Assembly (NCBI GenBank): GCA_977017645.1
Contig: OZ360227.1
Coordinates: 101,680,001-101,744,000 of the forward strand
Direction of reading: 5' to 3'
Source: Torpedo marmorata
Lineage: Eukaryota
DNA length: 64,000 bases
Shown here: positions 27,775 through 41,120 of the stretch, one piece after another
Numbering within the stretch: the stretch's first letter is position 1
Layout of the letters: every line of letters starts with the position of its first letter
Position numbers and translations under genes: made by a program
The notes under the pieces: generated by a model
Seen by the model: the letters and a program-made list of their open reading frames with translations, nothing else
Database searches by the model: none
Told to the model about the DNA's origin: nothing

Positions 27775-30239
27775 TGTTTCTACAGTTTAGCCGAACTTCA
27801 GTAAAATACCTTTTCAGCTTCTCAACATGAAGGCGTCAGAAAAGGACATCTTTGCTACGCATGAACCTTAGGGTTTTGTAATGGAAACAATGATTTAAAT
27901 GGAATAGAGAATATCACTCATTTATAATATCAAGACGTGGATATATTATAGTAATGTCATGTGCAAGTCTGAGAACTACACGGTTTACCCTTTAAAGAAC
28001 AAAAGAATCGTGGAATTCGACTTTTCAAACAGACCATGTCCAGCGAAGCCAGCTGCAAGCTTGCAGGGCAGGGAAGGGACAGGGAAACGGCGGCATCGCC
28101 AACTTTCTTTTGTGGCTTTTAATGCGACAAAATCGGAATGAAGCTAGAATTTCGAGGAAATAAAATGTCTTACTCTTGATTCTTGGTGGATATTTGGTTT
28201 CCAATTAAAATTGTTGTGCGATTGCGGCTGATGAGTTCCTGGGCGCTTTTTTTTTACTGGAGTCTCCTTTTAGAATTGTGGACAGCACAATAACGCGAAC
28301 CCCACCAGACTTCATCCCTTTGTATTTTCTACCAGTAGCTTTCGAATAATGAGTCAATATTGTGGATACCCGTCACCTTTTCACATAACCTTAATGTTTC
28401 AGATAAAATATATTAAACAACCTGAATTTAATGCACCTATTTTGATCGCGATTTGAAGAAAAGCACGGGGAGATAACCTTCAATTGCACTCACAGAGCTA
28501 GATGCATCATCGCTCCCTCTCTTTACTTTCATGCCAGCCACAAATTTTAAAAAAACGACCCCATTGTGAGGGAATGTTCATCCAATGTTTGGGCGTTTCC
28601 TCAAAAGCTTATATTAAATGTTCCCAGAAAGCTATATTAGAAATTACCATACGTTTATATGGTTTTTTTTGGTTTAAGGGTTATAGTATATTGGAAGCAG
28701 CAAGTAGGTATATCAAAACATCTATTGGCCTTTGCCTTCGTAAAACAGTGAAGATTTTATTCTGTTTAAAGCATGTGGATTTCATGCTTTAAATGACTAC
28801 TGTATTTTAAAACGTCGCATAAAGGAACAGTGCGAAATCTCGATTACATCCCAGCGTGCCATTGATTGATATCGTGAGAATGTTGGCACGGGACATGGAA
28901 TCTTATATTTCAGGAAGTTCGAACTCGTTTCATAACATTAGCTTCCGTCTAACAAGCTGAAACAAGAATCTTCAGTAATTTGTGTTGAGGTGCAAATTAC
29001 CTAATTGAAGAGATTCTCGGCTATTGTTTTTGTCCCTGTAAATCAACCACCCATGTGTCTCTGCAGATTAATAGATTGGAAAAATGAACAGGGTTCTTTA
29101 CAAAACAAAATATTCTCTGTGCAGACCGTTTTCTGTTTCTAAACTGTGCACCTTGTCCCATTGTTGTTCGCTCATCCGTTCTGGGAAAAAATCGAAAGGA
29201 AACACATTCCCACTTGTAATACTAAACGTTCACAGATTGGTGTAACCATCTAACTCATTTATCAACCAACAAACCGAGAAACAAGAGTTTAACAAGCGCC
29301 CTGAACACAAAGTACTGCTGCAATATTCCACTAAGCACATTTCTCTGTCAGAAATGTTGCATGAGACAACCTCGGTTGCTGCTGTTGGTATTTGATATTG
29401 ATCACTGTGTTTTTTTTTTGGTACTTTGCATTCTTATAAAAAAGGATATGCAACATCTCTTTTCATTGCATTTGTTCACGACAGCGTCGCAACACTAGAT
29501 GTAGTCTTATACAAGAACGCATAAACAAATACCGCAAAGGAAAACTATTCACGCAATTCAGCTTGTTACTACTAATTTATTTTCGAACTTTAGTAGTGTG
29601 TACGAATTTTGGTATCATTCTTGAACATAAAAACGTATGCAATCTTGCAATGTAACAATAACCACTCAGCAGCACAGTACAAATACCATTCTCTTATTTT
29701 AAATAAAGAAACCACAAAACACTGTCTAATTCCTCATCACTATAAATCTCGAATATCAACACAATATATACACAAAGAGATGGAATCGCAAAAATACACA
29801 CTACGAGTAAATTAGCCGTGGCAATAAGAAATTACCACAACAAATCACTGAGTCTTCATTATAAAATAAAAAAGACCATGAACAAGCGTCGCAGCCTTTC
29901 AATTTCATGCTAGCAGACTATACATGTACCTTCCTGGACGTATATCTCACGATGGATTCATGACTTAGTACCTTGCAGTTATTAAGGTTACTAAGGTGTG
30001 TTGTATGGTAAGAACAGCCACTTACTGGAGCCGTAATCGTTTCTATTGGAGCTAAGACAACTTTACCCTTTTTTGTTTCATTTCCTACATTTAAGGACAA
30101 GGTGACTGTATAAGATATGGTCGCTTCAATGCCGTAAAAAGCAACAGGAAAGCACCTACAAGCCATCTTATCGGTACATGCAATTTCTGCCTGGAAATGT
30201 CTCATTATTTACACTTAAAGAACCACATAAGATATTGTT

Positions 30240-30550
30240 CTATAAACTTGTGAGGTCTGTTTGTTGGTCCTTGGAAACAGTTTGTGACTGTTGACTGGAA
30301 GCAGAAGAAGAGCTAGACGATCTGGTCTTAGTGTTTGGCAATTTGTGGTCTTTTTTCCACTTCATCCTTCGGTTCTGAAACCAAATTTTGATCTGGCGTT
30401 CGGAAAGACATAAAGTGTGGGCTATTTCAATACGACGTCGTCTTGTCAGATACCTGTTAAAATGGAATTCCTTCTCCAGTTCTAAAACCTGCTGCCTTGT
30501 ATAGGCTGTTCGTGAACGTTTTGGTTCCCCTCCAGTGTAACTAGGATTCA
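30240..30550 (-). CDS. hoxd4: HoxD4 exon 2 (homeodomain)
   Basis: [75 protein letters not shown]; acceptor tttttcag; joined CDS 240 aa. Confidence 0.97.
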
Positions 30551-30766
30551 CTGAAAAACAAAACAATTCAAAAACCATTCAAATCTGAACCTAAAGTTTG
30601 TCAGCCGTTTCCATTCTGCATTCCTCACGAACATTGCACGCCTCTAACACTACCCCTGTTAAAAAGTCCAAATATCTATTTTTTACTAAGGATCTCTTCA
30701 AAGTTCTTGGCGAAACGGAGATATAACACGTCCCTGTTACTCTCAGGCTCGAGTTTTCACATGGAG

Positions 30767-30860
30767 TCAGCCACATGGCCAGCGGCCTATTTCCTCAGCA
30801 ATAAAAATTTATGATGGGTGTAATTGCCGGTCTTTTTAAAAACCGCTCATAAATTCTCCT
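30767..30860. promoter_or_regulatory. Hox4 intronic homeodomain-binding element (HB-1-like)
   Basis: caataaa, tttatga, taatt, cataaa clustered near the 5' end of the HoxD4 intron. Confidence 0.6.
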
Positions 30861-30968
30861 TTGAAGGAGTTATTTACGGTAGACCGATACCAATGGGTCA
30901 CAAATATTTGTTAGGGGTGGCGATGGCGGAGGGGGTGGGGGTGGGGGGAACTAAAAAGTGGACCTTAC

Positions 30969-31380
30969 CCGTGTTAACGTGGATTTTCTTCATCCAAGGA
31001 TAAACCACTGCTGATTGTTTGGCTGCTGTGCCGTTTTGATTCTTTGTATTGTGTTGCTGCTGGCTGCAAGGCCGGGCTATGGACACTTGGAGCGGTGCAA
31101 CGGGCTCCCCCTGCCCTGTGAGGTGGTTCTGAGGAGCGGGCTGTGCCTGCACATGACCCCTCTGCTGCACTGGAGAGCCCCGAGCGTTGCTGCAGCTGTA
31201 CGACTGGCCGCTGTAGTTTGACCGTGGATAGACTCCTTGGTGCTGAAAATCAGTGTCCTGCGGCTGGCTGTAATAGTCTGAGCAGTGGTCAGGTATGTAG
31301 TTATTTTGCGAGTATTCCTCGCAAGGAGGAAATTTGGGATCCACATATTTAGAGTTCATCAAATACGAACTCATGGTCAT
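30969..31380 (-). CDS. hoxd4: HoxD4 exon 1
   Basis: [37 protein letters not shown]; donor ACGG|GTAAGG. Confidence 0.97.
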
Positions 31381-31480
31381 TAATTTCTGAAGGTGGAAAA
31401 TACTAATTTTTCTCGAGTTGTCTTTTTTCCCGTTCCATAAAGCCCTCCTACTTGCTGTCAACTGAATAAAGTTAGTCACC

Positions 31481-31501
31481 CATGTGACTGTGCGAACCAA
31501 T
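31481..31501 (-). promoter_or_regulatory. HoxD4 proximal E-box + 10 nt + CCAAT module
   Basis: catgtg-actgtgcgaa-ccaat; USF and NF-Y sites are known in Hox4 promoters. Confidence 0.65.
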
Positions 31502-32730
31502 GGCGGGGCTGGGCCCGATTCCCGGATAAGGAAACAGCTAATGACAAATTTTCCAAACTTCGTCCAGAAAATCTTGATTTAAAAAATAAAATAAATTCTG
31601 CACCGCCTTTATTATTTTTCCAGTAGTCACTAAGTCTTTGAAGTAGTTTCCGGAAAATGCATATAATAGCGGATTCCATTGGAGAGAATAATAATCACTC
31701 ACTGAGCGCCCGAATATTGCTCAGGTAATTTACTCTTTTGTCCAAAGAGAATTTTCGACCATTCCTTGTCGCTTTTCATATAAACCAAGGATAGACCAGG
31801 CATTCGGCGTGCTCGCATTTTTTGTTGTTTTCGTCCGAGAGCAGTATGACAATAGCGAGGGTACTTGAAGGAACGGCAGACAATCCAACGTACGCAGGGT
31901 GACAAAGGAAGAATCCAGTTATCCACAAAAAGGAATAACGGAGCTGAGGAAAATAATTACAGCCATTACAGATGCACGAAGGTCTTTTGGTCAAAGTTAT
32001 TCAAAGGCAAACATGGTGTACTCCCGATAAAGACAGAACAAGGCATCCTGTATCACGTAGAGCTCTTTACACGTGTTGCTTAAGGACATTGTAAGGTCAA
32101 AAACACTTCGCTCTGAAAGTTCAATCATTTGGTAGAGTGGAATATAAGTTTTAACCAGTTTTGTATTTGATGTCCTTGCCTCAGTAGCAAGCGTTTTTGC
32201 TGTAATATCTTGACAATTCGTTTTCTTCTTATCACATCTTACCACCTATTACCTATTTTAAACTAATGCTGTAACGCAGTTCTAACTTCTTTATTTGCAA
32301 TGTGTACAAACAGTTTTAAAGTTTTAGTTAACGATGTTATCTGCTTCGATGTAATTCAGAAGCTTCGTGAATTGGTCAAACGCGGTACAAAATCGTAAAC
32401 AGGACTATGCAGATAATTTATCGTCATCGCCATGGAAACGGGTAGCATTCAGTGAGAAATACTTAAGTTTCAATAACCATATATTTGTGGAGATTAGATC
32501 CAGAAGTTTGGAATCGATTGTTTTCTGGTTAGTAAATCAACACACGGAGCAACATATTTTGTATCGGGTAGCCGAAATAAGCCATTTAACTTTAAGCGGC
32601 AAAATATACAATAAACGCTGAAGAATAGTTTTTTAAAAAATTATTCCAAATCATTGAAATTACGTAGACCTAAATCAGTTCAAGTAGCAAAAATCACGAA
32701 GTGCAAATTGATGATTTTCGTCGTGTTGGC

Positions 32731-32812
32731 ATCGACCATATACTCCCCTAGAAACGAATCTGTGACCGAAACATCACACAAATTCGGTTCTACAGGGTAT
32801 ATATAGACGACG
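32731..32812 (-). ncRNA. mir-10b: miR-10b precursor (mature 5p at 32777-32799)
   Basis: Minus strand TACCCTGTAGAACCGAATTTGTG followed by complementary arm ACAGATTCGTTTCTAGGGGAGTA; located between Hox4 and Hox5. Confidence 0.98.
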
Positions 32813-34385
32813 GGTTACAAACAGATTCGCTGAACAATTATGTAATGATAAAATAGTTTTTTTTAAAAACTGTAGTGGAAAGCGATCCCCAAGGAGTTAA
32901 TGACGTGTAATATTAATAAATACGAAACTAAAATCAAGCACAGCTCCTGTTAAAGCACGTAGTTATTTACACTTGAAAAATACTACAAGCTGACCCCTTA
33001 AATTTAATAAAAGAGGTGAGCAAACATTTAGATTTGCATTGTTCAGCAGTGGCAGCAACATAGATTTGCGTGCAGTCAGTTTCAGCATACAGTCTACAAG
33101 GCAGAAGTTACTATTTGCTGCTGTGTTTTTGAACCCTTCGTATATCACAAAGATTTTTTTATAGGAAACAGTTTGTACCGATCCGCTCCAGCTCACACAA
33201 CTAAGTGCCCCAGCATGAATCAATAATTGCTCCAGATGCTAATAATTTGAACTCACCACTAACAAACCGCAGGATTTGATAACAAATACAGCCTGGTATA
33301 AATAATCGCTAAAACTAATCAATACAATTTAAACATGATAGCACAAATATTGGTTTATTCCAAAGCGTTTTCCACTCATTGCCACTTTCACAAATGAGAG
33401 CATCCCAGGAAAAACGAGTGTTCTTTCCTCTGTTCTTAATCTCTTTCATTTCTGGGATCTAGATCAAAAATGGTTCAGACAGCATGCTTCAAAATCTGAT
33501 TGCAGCTCAATCCAATTGGATGGCAGCATGCTGGGGAAAATATACAATTTGATCTGCCAGCTTATCAGAGTCCATTTGGTTGCAAGGTGTTTTCTAAACT
33601 CTAGCTTGGTTGTCCCCACTGTGCCTGTAGTGCCACCTCGTTGCGTGTTAAACGCTGAAGGGCACGAGGTCAGAATGAAATCATTTGCAAACGCATCGGA
33701 AAGTTGCATTATTATTTTCACTTTAGCTACAGCCTAACGCATGACCTTTTCAACGCGTGTGATTCTTTTCGAACTAAATCTTCAGCTAAGCGGAAGACAA
33801 TGCTTGTCCCTGAATTTCCAGTTAAAAAGTTAGACACGCGAGAGGCAGGCTGAGAACAATTGTAAAACCACACTAACGAAAAAGAATCAGAACAATCATT
33901 GCACTTAAATGTTCTGAGATGTATTGAGTAACAATGTAGCATTGATGCTGAACTTTCTGACTGTGCCCTGTATCTTCACTTGTTTATTTCTCCGGTTTTT
34001 TTTTAGTCTGCAACAAAGGTTTACGTTTATCTATGGCAGAGCAGCCTAATTATTCCTTCACAAATGCTCCAGTTTTTGTTTAATAACAGTATGATACTGT
34101 AATTATTTTACCTTTGTAAAAAAAAATCCCATCACGTCGCTGATATTATTTACCTGTGTTTTTTTTTAATTATTAGGAAAGAAAAGAGCTGAACAGTTCT
34201 CGACAACCAATGGCGCCAACGAAAGTACCAGCAGTGAATTCTGCCTTTAAAAGCCCTTTAGCACAGAAAATACCAGATATCGTTATATCATCCGATAATT
34301 CGAAAGCCAAATCTCTTTACAGTTCAAATTATCGCACATTCTGCAGCTGATTGGTGCTACACATTTTAATATTTGTTAGACGCTG

Positions 34386-34402
34386 TGACCTGCATTTCAC
34401 CT
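34386..34402 (-). promoter_or_regulatory. DR5 RARE 5' of HoxD4
   Basis: Minus strand AGGTGA-aatgc-AGGTCA, matching the HoxD4 5' RARE as I recall it. Confidence 0.88.
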
Positions 34403-35135
34403 TACTGCTCGACTCGTTCAGACAGGTCAATGCCAAAGAGTTATTGATGAACAAACCCGATTAAAATTCACCTCTTTTTCTAACTGCCCACACAAGTGCT
34501 GCGACTTTTGATCTAACAGATTTTGACCTAGAGAATGTCAATGGAAAGTAAGTGTTTGGGAAGTGAACCCTATATTTATTCATAGATTCAGTGGTTCGAT
34601 GAAAGCTATTATTGTCAACAGTCTGCTAAGAGCTTTTCTATGTATAAGTACACCGATTTTGAAAACAAATTTGAATTTTTGGAACGTTCACCTTTCTACT
34701 GACCCAGAAAACTATTTCTTGCAGAAGCCAGTTCAGCAAGACTGTTTTGCTTTTCAGCAGCAATTGTCCTTCGTTATTTATCAACGCCTAAAGGTTCATG
34801 TTGTAAAGCTAGTACTCAAACGATGGATCCATGGCGCTGGGTCATTGCTTTGCGAATACCGGTTAAACATTATCTGGACCTATTTAAAGTGAGTCGTTGC
34901 TCAACGTTTATCTGGCGGTACAACTATGCTGTTACTTGAAGAGTGGCCCTGTCGCGCAAAGGGAGGTTGGCTTCGGTAAAATTCGGATGTGATATCCTGG
35001 TAAAGATTATGATTTATGAGTAAAGTAGACCAAGGTGAAAAGAAACATTTAACTGTCCCTGGTGTAAGGAAGATATAATTTGAACATTTGTATCATTGTT
35101 TTGTGGTGGCCAAATAATAATACAGCTGGATGTTA

Positions 35136-35324
35136 ATGTGGTAATAAAAAGACAGAAATCCTGGAGCGACCAGAGGAGGTAAAGATATATAACCTTCGTT
35201 TCGGGCCTGAGCCCTTCTTCAAGGTATATCTTTACCTCCTTTAGACAGTGCGAGACCTGCTGAGTTCTTCCAGCATTTTTATGTTTTTACTACGATCACA
35301 GCATCTGCAGACTTTCGTCTTTCA
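35136..35324. mobile_element. Older, diverged copy of the palindromic repeat family
   Basis: Contains cgtttcgggcctgagcccttcttcaag and gacctgctgagttcttccagcattt; internal inverted repeat ggaggtaaagatata/tatatctttacctcc; 10-bp direct repeat ctggatgtta at 35126-35135 and 35325-35334. Confidence 0.8.
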
Positions 35325-38116
35325 CTGGATGTTATATGGTCTCTTTCAAATATGAGGACTGAATCTGTCTAATTTGATGAGGAACGTGCTCAATTTTTGT
35401 GGATATCTTTTATCTTAAATATACAATTTAAAAATTATAGCGTCAAATTATTCCTGTGAACATATTACAAACCACAAGAAACACACGATCATGTCTCTAT
35501 TTAAATAAGAGGCATTAGAAGCACCAATTATTTAATTAATAATGATTCCAATGATCTCATCAACCTGTACAAACTATCCTTGACATTTCACACGAGCAGG
35601 CCTATCGGAGAGTTAATGCAAGCGAAGATGTATTATTCTTTAGTTCAACGAATATTTCGTCCATTATTCTAGCAGGCACAAGGCTTGATGTTTGGCCTAC
35701 GTGTACACAATGACTAGGATATCGAGGGAGCTTTAACATTTTATTCTGCCTACACGCCTCTGTTAGCTCATTAAGCCTAAACATTAAACATCTACTATAA
35801 TTATTACCACATCATTTGCCAAATGGATTTTGCAGATGTTGAAACCGGAACAATAACTTTCCTCCAAATGACCTTTTAAAAATGCAGCCTTGCACTGGGA
35901 GGCGCTGTGCAGCATCGCCGATACATAATAACAAACCAACCAAATCTGCTTTGGTACTGTCATAGATAACTAGAGTTAAACATAATCATGTTTTAAACTA
36001 CATTGTACGGATAACAACCTTATCCCTTTCACGGAAATATAATGCAATTGCACGATGTCACAAATATCGTTATAAAAATTAGAACAATTATAACAGGGAT
36101 GATTTCAGAATCTAGTTGCCAGTCATTTCAGATTCACAATACAACACATTCATTTCCCACAAATTGCATATTCAAAACAATCATCCGTTTCCAGCCTTTT
36201 GCCACATTATTCAGAAATAATTAATTGCGACTTACTGCCGCGTTTCCTCCATTCGATTAGGTCTGCAATAATAAAAACAATTTGTGCTAAGTGAATCATG
36301 CAATCCAGCATTCAATACAATATATGAGCACAGGTAGATTTTTTAATCACAATTAATATGAAAGTAACCGAAACATTATTTCCGTGTTTATAAAGTGGGC
36401 GTTTTACTTTCAAAGTCAGAACTTTCCAATGAGATCTACAGTATAATTGGCATTACGAGTCTGCGCGTTATTGTGCAGAAATGAAAACAGAAATTCGATC
36501 GTTCATGTTTTGAGCTGCTAATTGATCTGATCATGCCAATTTTCCCTTCAGTTAAAAGCAAGGAAAGCGCAGCATCATTTACATTTCACACAAAAAGCTA
36601 TTTCATCTGTTCATATAGATTATTGTAATTATTAACATTGTCTGGTTATTCTTTCTAATCTCTCTTCAATTAACGAGTCGATTCGCTTAAATTTTGTCTG
36701 AAAAAAGTTATATGTGAATGAAATATTGATTTATACTGATACGCGGAACAATAAAACATAATCACCCTTCCGCTATAATTCTCCCCTAAAAACATTTTCG
36801 GCCTGTTTCTCAGTATTTTCTCGTTGTGTTCTAATCGTTATTTTGTCAGTGCAAGTGATGTTGAACACTTATAGCAGATAAAGCTTTCACTCGGTTTGAT
36901 GATTCACCTCATTAACTGCAAAGAATTTCAAAATCTTAAATTCTGTCATTTGTTAAAGTATAGTTTGAGAGCTTTCTATTCAACTAAAGGTGATTAAAAA
37001 ATACTAACGCACCAGACTTTTTAAAAACAAAATCTGATTATTTACAGCGCATTGCTTCTCGAATTGTGCGTGTTTAGTATGATTTCTTTAAATTATTCAC
37101 TCTTTGTTGGTGCGAATATTCACTCTTATGTTGATTTGGATCCCGGCTTACACTGTTTATGATTTCGTCACCTTCCCCTTTTCTTTTTTATGGTTTTCTA
37201 CCTTTTGACATTTAGGAAATTCATAATTAATGACAAAGTGTAGCAGTGAATAACTTGTTAATTTGCTATTGCATTACAATATTCAGTGAATAGAAAATCA
37301 AATATTATTTCGCTAGTTGCAGAGAAAACACTTACAACACCTTTAACTATTATGATATTTCCTTTCAAACGATAATTGCAGTAAATGAAAACTCACTCTA
37401 CACTAAGCAGCGTCTTGTTCGTAGTTGTTTTATGTTTATTATGCAAATTGCAACCAAAGTGATCGATTACAAAACCCTAGGGACAGTGAATAAAACATCG
37501 GCAGCTATAATTGAGGAGATTATTTAACAATGTTATACAATCGCAGCAAATTAATATGGGGCTCAATAATGATACGGAAATGTGATTGTACAACGTGCAG
37601 AGTTGCATTAAAATAGTGTCTTTCTCCTAGGTCTATTTTTAGACAGTCTCTTAGACAAAAAGGAGGTATTTGGTATTCAGTATCATCCCTTCAAGATTTT
37701 TTAAAATTCGAACATTTAGAAAGCATGGAATATTTGTTATTATAATATAATTTCGAAAGCACGTCATTTCAGTACTCCGCGACCTCTCATTTTGTAAAGA
37801 ATTCCACTCATGCTTACATGCTTTCTTGTGTAAGATATTTATTTTTGTTTCTATTTTAACCAATCATGACAAACTTCATTCCTCAATTTATAATTGCAAT
37901 TAAAATAGAATAACATGTGCAATACTTGTTTATTTAATTTTTTTGAAATATTAATTTCATTTATTCATTATGTACGCCCATCATTGCAGATGGCTGTTGA
38001 AATTGAACTCACGCTGGAATATATTTTTAGCTAGCTAAAAAACAGAACATGCGCCCAAGAGCCTCGAATGACATCAGGTGTCACGCGTACTTCAGCCTTG
38101 TTACCGACTGGGAAGA

Positions 38117-38390
38117 ACTTACTTGCTGCTTTTCCAACGCAAAGGTAGAAGCCACTTGGACACTTCCGATGCATAGCGGCGGAACAGGACAGCTAGCTTC
38201 TTGGTGTCACTTTCCACAGACCTTCTCGAAAACACTAACCATCTGCACTTGTCTGCTCTTAACCTAATATATGATGTGAATTATATTTTGGCTTGTCAAC
38301 TCCCCGAACCATAAAACAAAGTTTAATGGCATCACGTGCCCATGTACAACCAGTCAGGACCTGGCTCTGTGGCGTCCCATATAAATAACG
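38117..38390 (-). promoter_or_regulatory. Candidate distal promoter and non-coding first exon for HoxD4/miR-10b transcripts
   Basis: TATA-like tatttatat, CCAAT-like/E-box module (38333-38354), ccataaa and tttaatgg sites, then donor GCAA|GTAAGT at 38122. Confidence 0.5.
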
Positions 38391-39766
38391 CTTAAACTTT
38401 AAAACTTTTATTCACTAAAGACCGTCATGTTCATTGAAATGTTCTCTCAGAAATATAAAGCTAAATATCTGAGTACCCAGAGGACGTTTGCCTTGGTGAA
38501 TATGTTTTCTTTACTTTGAACGCAATTTGGGCGTTTCCCAAGCAGCCACGGCGATCTATTAGATTTGGTAAGTTTCAGTACACCGTGTGTATCCGTGACG
38601 GATAACTTATGAAATATAATTAAGTCGATTACAAGAAAGATTTCCTTTTTAACATTAAGTGTTTCCTGTGACATAGTTTTACTATTTCGATTGCTTCAAT
38701 CATCCATTATTTCATCCTGGTTTAGAGATAAATACAGTTTAAAACCCCAATTTCAGTTTCTCCTGCTCAATAATTCCGTGCATTGGAAACTAATGGAGAA
38801 CTCCATAGTTTCTAAAGCTCTGACAGACAGTAAAGTCTCACCAATGGATGCATAAATGTTTTTCAAATTATCTACTATTAATAGGCATAAATGTAAAAAT
38901 TGTATTGTTTCACCAGAGGATATCAGATTATCAAATTGCCTTATGTAAATGAACACGTCTGGAATCTCGATGCTGAAGTTTCTGAACGAAGTGCTCTCTT
39001 TTTAAAAATAAAATGTTGAAACATGAAAGATTTCAGCTCGGCCAGCATTTTGCACCAAGAACAATACGAGAGAAAAAAAAACATTCGAAGCAAGTACAGT
39101 TTCACAACCTTTTTATAAAATTAGAGAAACTTTAGTGTCAAGTGAATAGAAGCAAAGTGCAACTGTAAGGTCGCATTGGTTCTTTAACAAGTGGCCAATT
39201 GCCAACACTTCTGTGCATGCATTGGAGCTAAAAACACAAGGTGAATTTTTATTGGTAAAACTGGGTTTATTTCAATGTTGTAGACAAAACATCACTTATG
39301 TCATTTGTATAGCACAAAGTCACACATTTAAACATCATGTATGTACAGAATATACAGAACAAGATATACCTGGGATCAGAGCAACGATTCCCAGCATTAA
39401 TCAAACAAAAGAAAACACTTTTGATGTAAATAAAAAGACGAAAGAACAATATTTATCTAACTTTACAAAACATGATCAAATTACTGTTTTAAAGAAGCCA
39501 CCTTCAGCAAACCAGGCGCATGAACACGTCATTCTGCCCTCAGAGGTACACGGTTCGTTTGGCTACACTACGCCGACAGACCTCGTTATTGTTCTCACTT
39601 CTGATCTAAATTTAGAAATAGATGTTTTTTTATATATCTAGTGTATTGATGACAAGATGTTCAATCCATACGACAACAATGAATGTCACGCAGCATTTTA
39701 TGTGACAAAACGACCGTTCTCATTGCAACGTAAAGGATATTATTAGAGCCAGTTAGGTGTAGCCAG

Positions 39767-40033
<267 letters not shown>

Positions 40034-40353
40034 TTATTACACGTAATAGTGAAAAATATGAAATAATGCAGCTTCCGATAAATATCTCAGCAGAACAAAA
40101 TAAGCAAGTTCGATATGTAAGATATACACAATTTAATTTTCAAGGGAAATCACTGATGCATAAAATGATGTAGTTCCTGATACAATTGCTACAACTGTTC
40201 AAAGCAACAGCTGATATTCCGATTTCATTCAAATTGTTATAGTTTTGCAAATATCATGCTTCATTTAATTTTATTAAATCACGTTGTTTCTCAAAGTACT
40301 TCGACAAAAATTCGAATGTATATCAAAAGGGAGAATGGCGGCATTGAGCATAC

Positions 40354-40861
40354 CTTGACTGAGGTGAAGCTTTTTCATCCATGGGTATATCTGCATCTGC
40401 TGTGCTGAATCCTTGTCTAGCTGCTCACTTTCAGGTTTGGGGCTGTTCGTTGCTTTAAGATGCTCATCGGTAACCGGTGATGTATCCTGACCACCGCGAT
40501 ATGAGTGACTTGGCTCTGTGATAGTCGTCCCCGTTTTAATGGAACTGTCTGATGGGTTTATTAAAGATCCTGAGCAGAATGCAGGATCAGGAGACTTAGT
40601 TCTCGCAGCAGAAGAACTATGGAAGGTGTTACTGGTTGTCTGCGTGTAGTTAGTAGACCTTTCACTATCACCACGAAGATTTGAGTTGGAACGAGTCATG
40701 CTGAGGTCTATCCCAGTGTAATCATAGCCATACCTGGTGGAAAGCATCGTCGACTCCCTAAAATGCTCGCCCACAGACGAGGCATTCCCATAACTCTGCA
40801 ACTGATAATCGTGGCCATTTTGGTAGCGACCTGGGAAGGAGTTGAAAAAGTAGGAACTCAT
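40354..40861 (-). CDS. hoxd5: HoxD5 exon 1
   Basis: [21 protein letters not shown]...[11 protein letters not shown]...[12 protein letters not shown]; donor CAAG|GTATGC. Confidence 0.96.
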
Positions 40862-41006
40862 CTGCCTTTTAGGGGATTGATTTGTGGTTCTTAGACGTTT
40901 ATTCGCCACCAGAACGCGCGATATATAATGAAATATGGAAATAAAAGGCACATGTCATTTCTCTGCCTCCTACGTATGCAACCAAATATGGGACACAAGT
41001 TTAGAT

Positions 41007-41033
41007 CACGTGCTTTTGTTGACCAGTCGTAAA
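41007..41033 (-). promoter_or_regulatory. HoxD5 proximal E-box + 10 nt + CCAAT-like module with adjacent TCGTAAA
   Basis: cacgtg-cttttgttga-ccagt-cgtaaa. Confidence 0.55.
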
Positions 41034-41104
41034 TTCTTGTGCCTGACCCTAGGGGTAATTCATGCAGTGAGAATGCGTGCTGTGGTTTAGCGAGCCTTGT
41101 CCTA

Positions 41105-41120
41105 CAGCGCCTCCTTCTGA
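41105..41120 (-). promoter_or_regulatory. Candidate CTCF site at the PG5|6 position
   Basis: Minus strand TCAGAAGGAGGCGCTG resembles the CTCF core CCAGCAGGGGGCGCTG. Confidence 0.5.

Noticed and set aside
39213-39641. 142-aa plus-strand ORF and other 60-125 aa intergenic ORFs
   Set aside because: AT-rich, often non-ATG starts, no recognisable domains; consistent with chance
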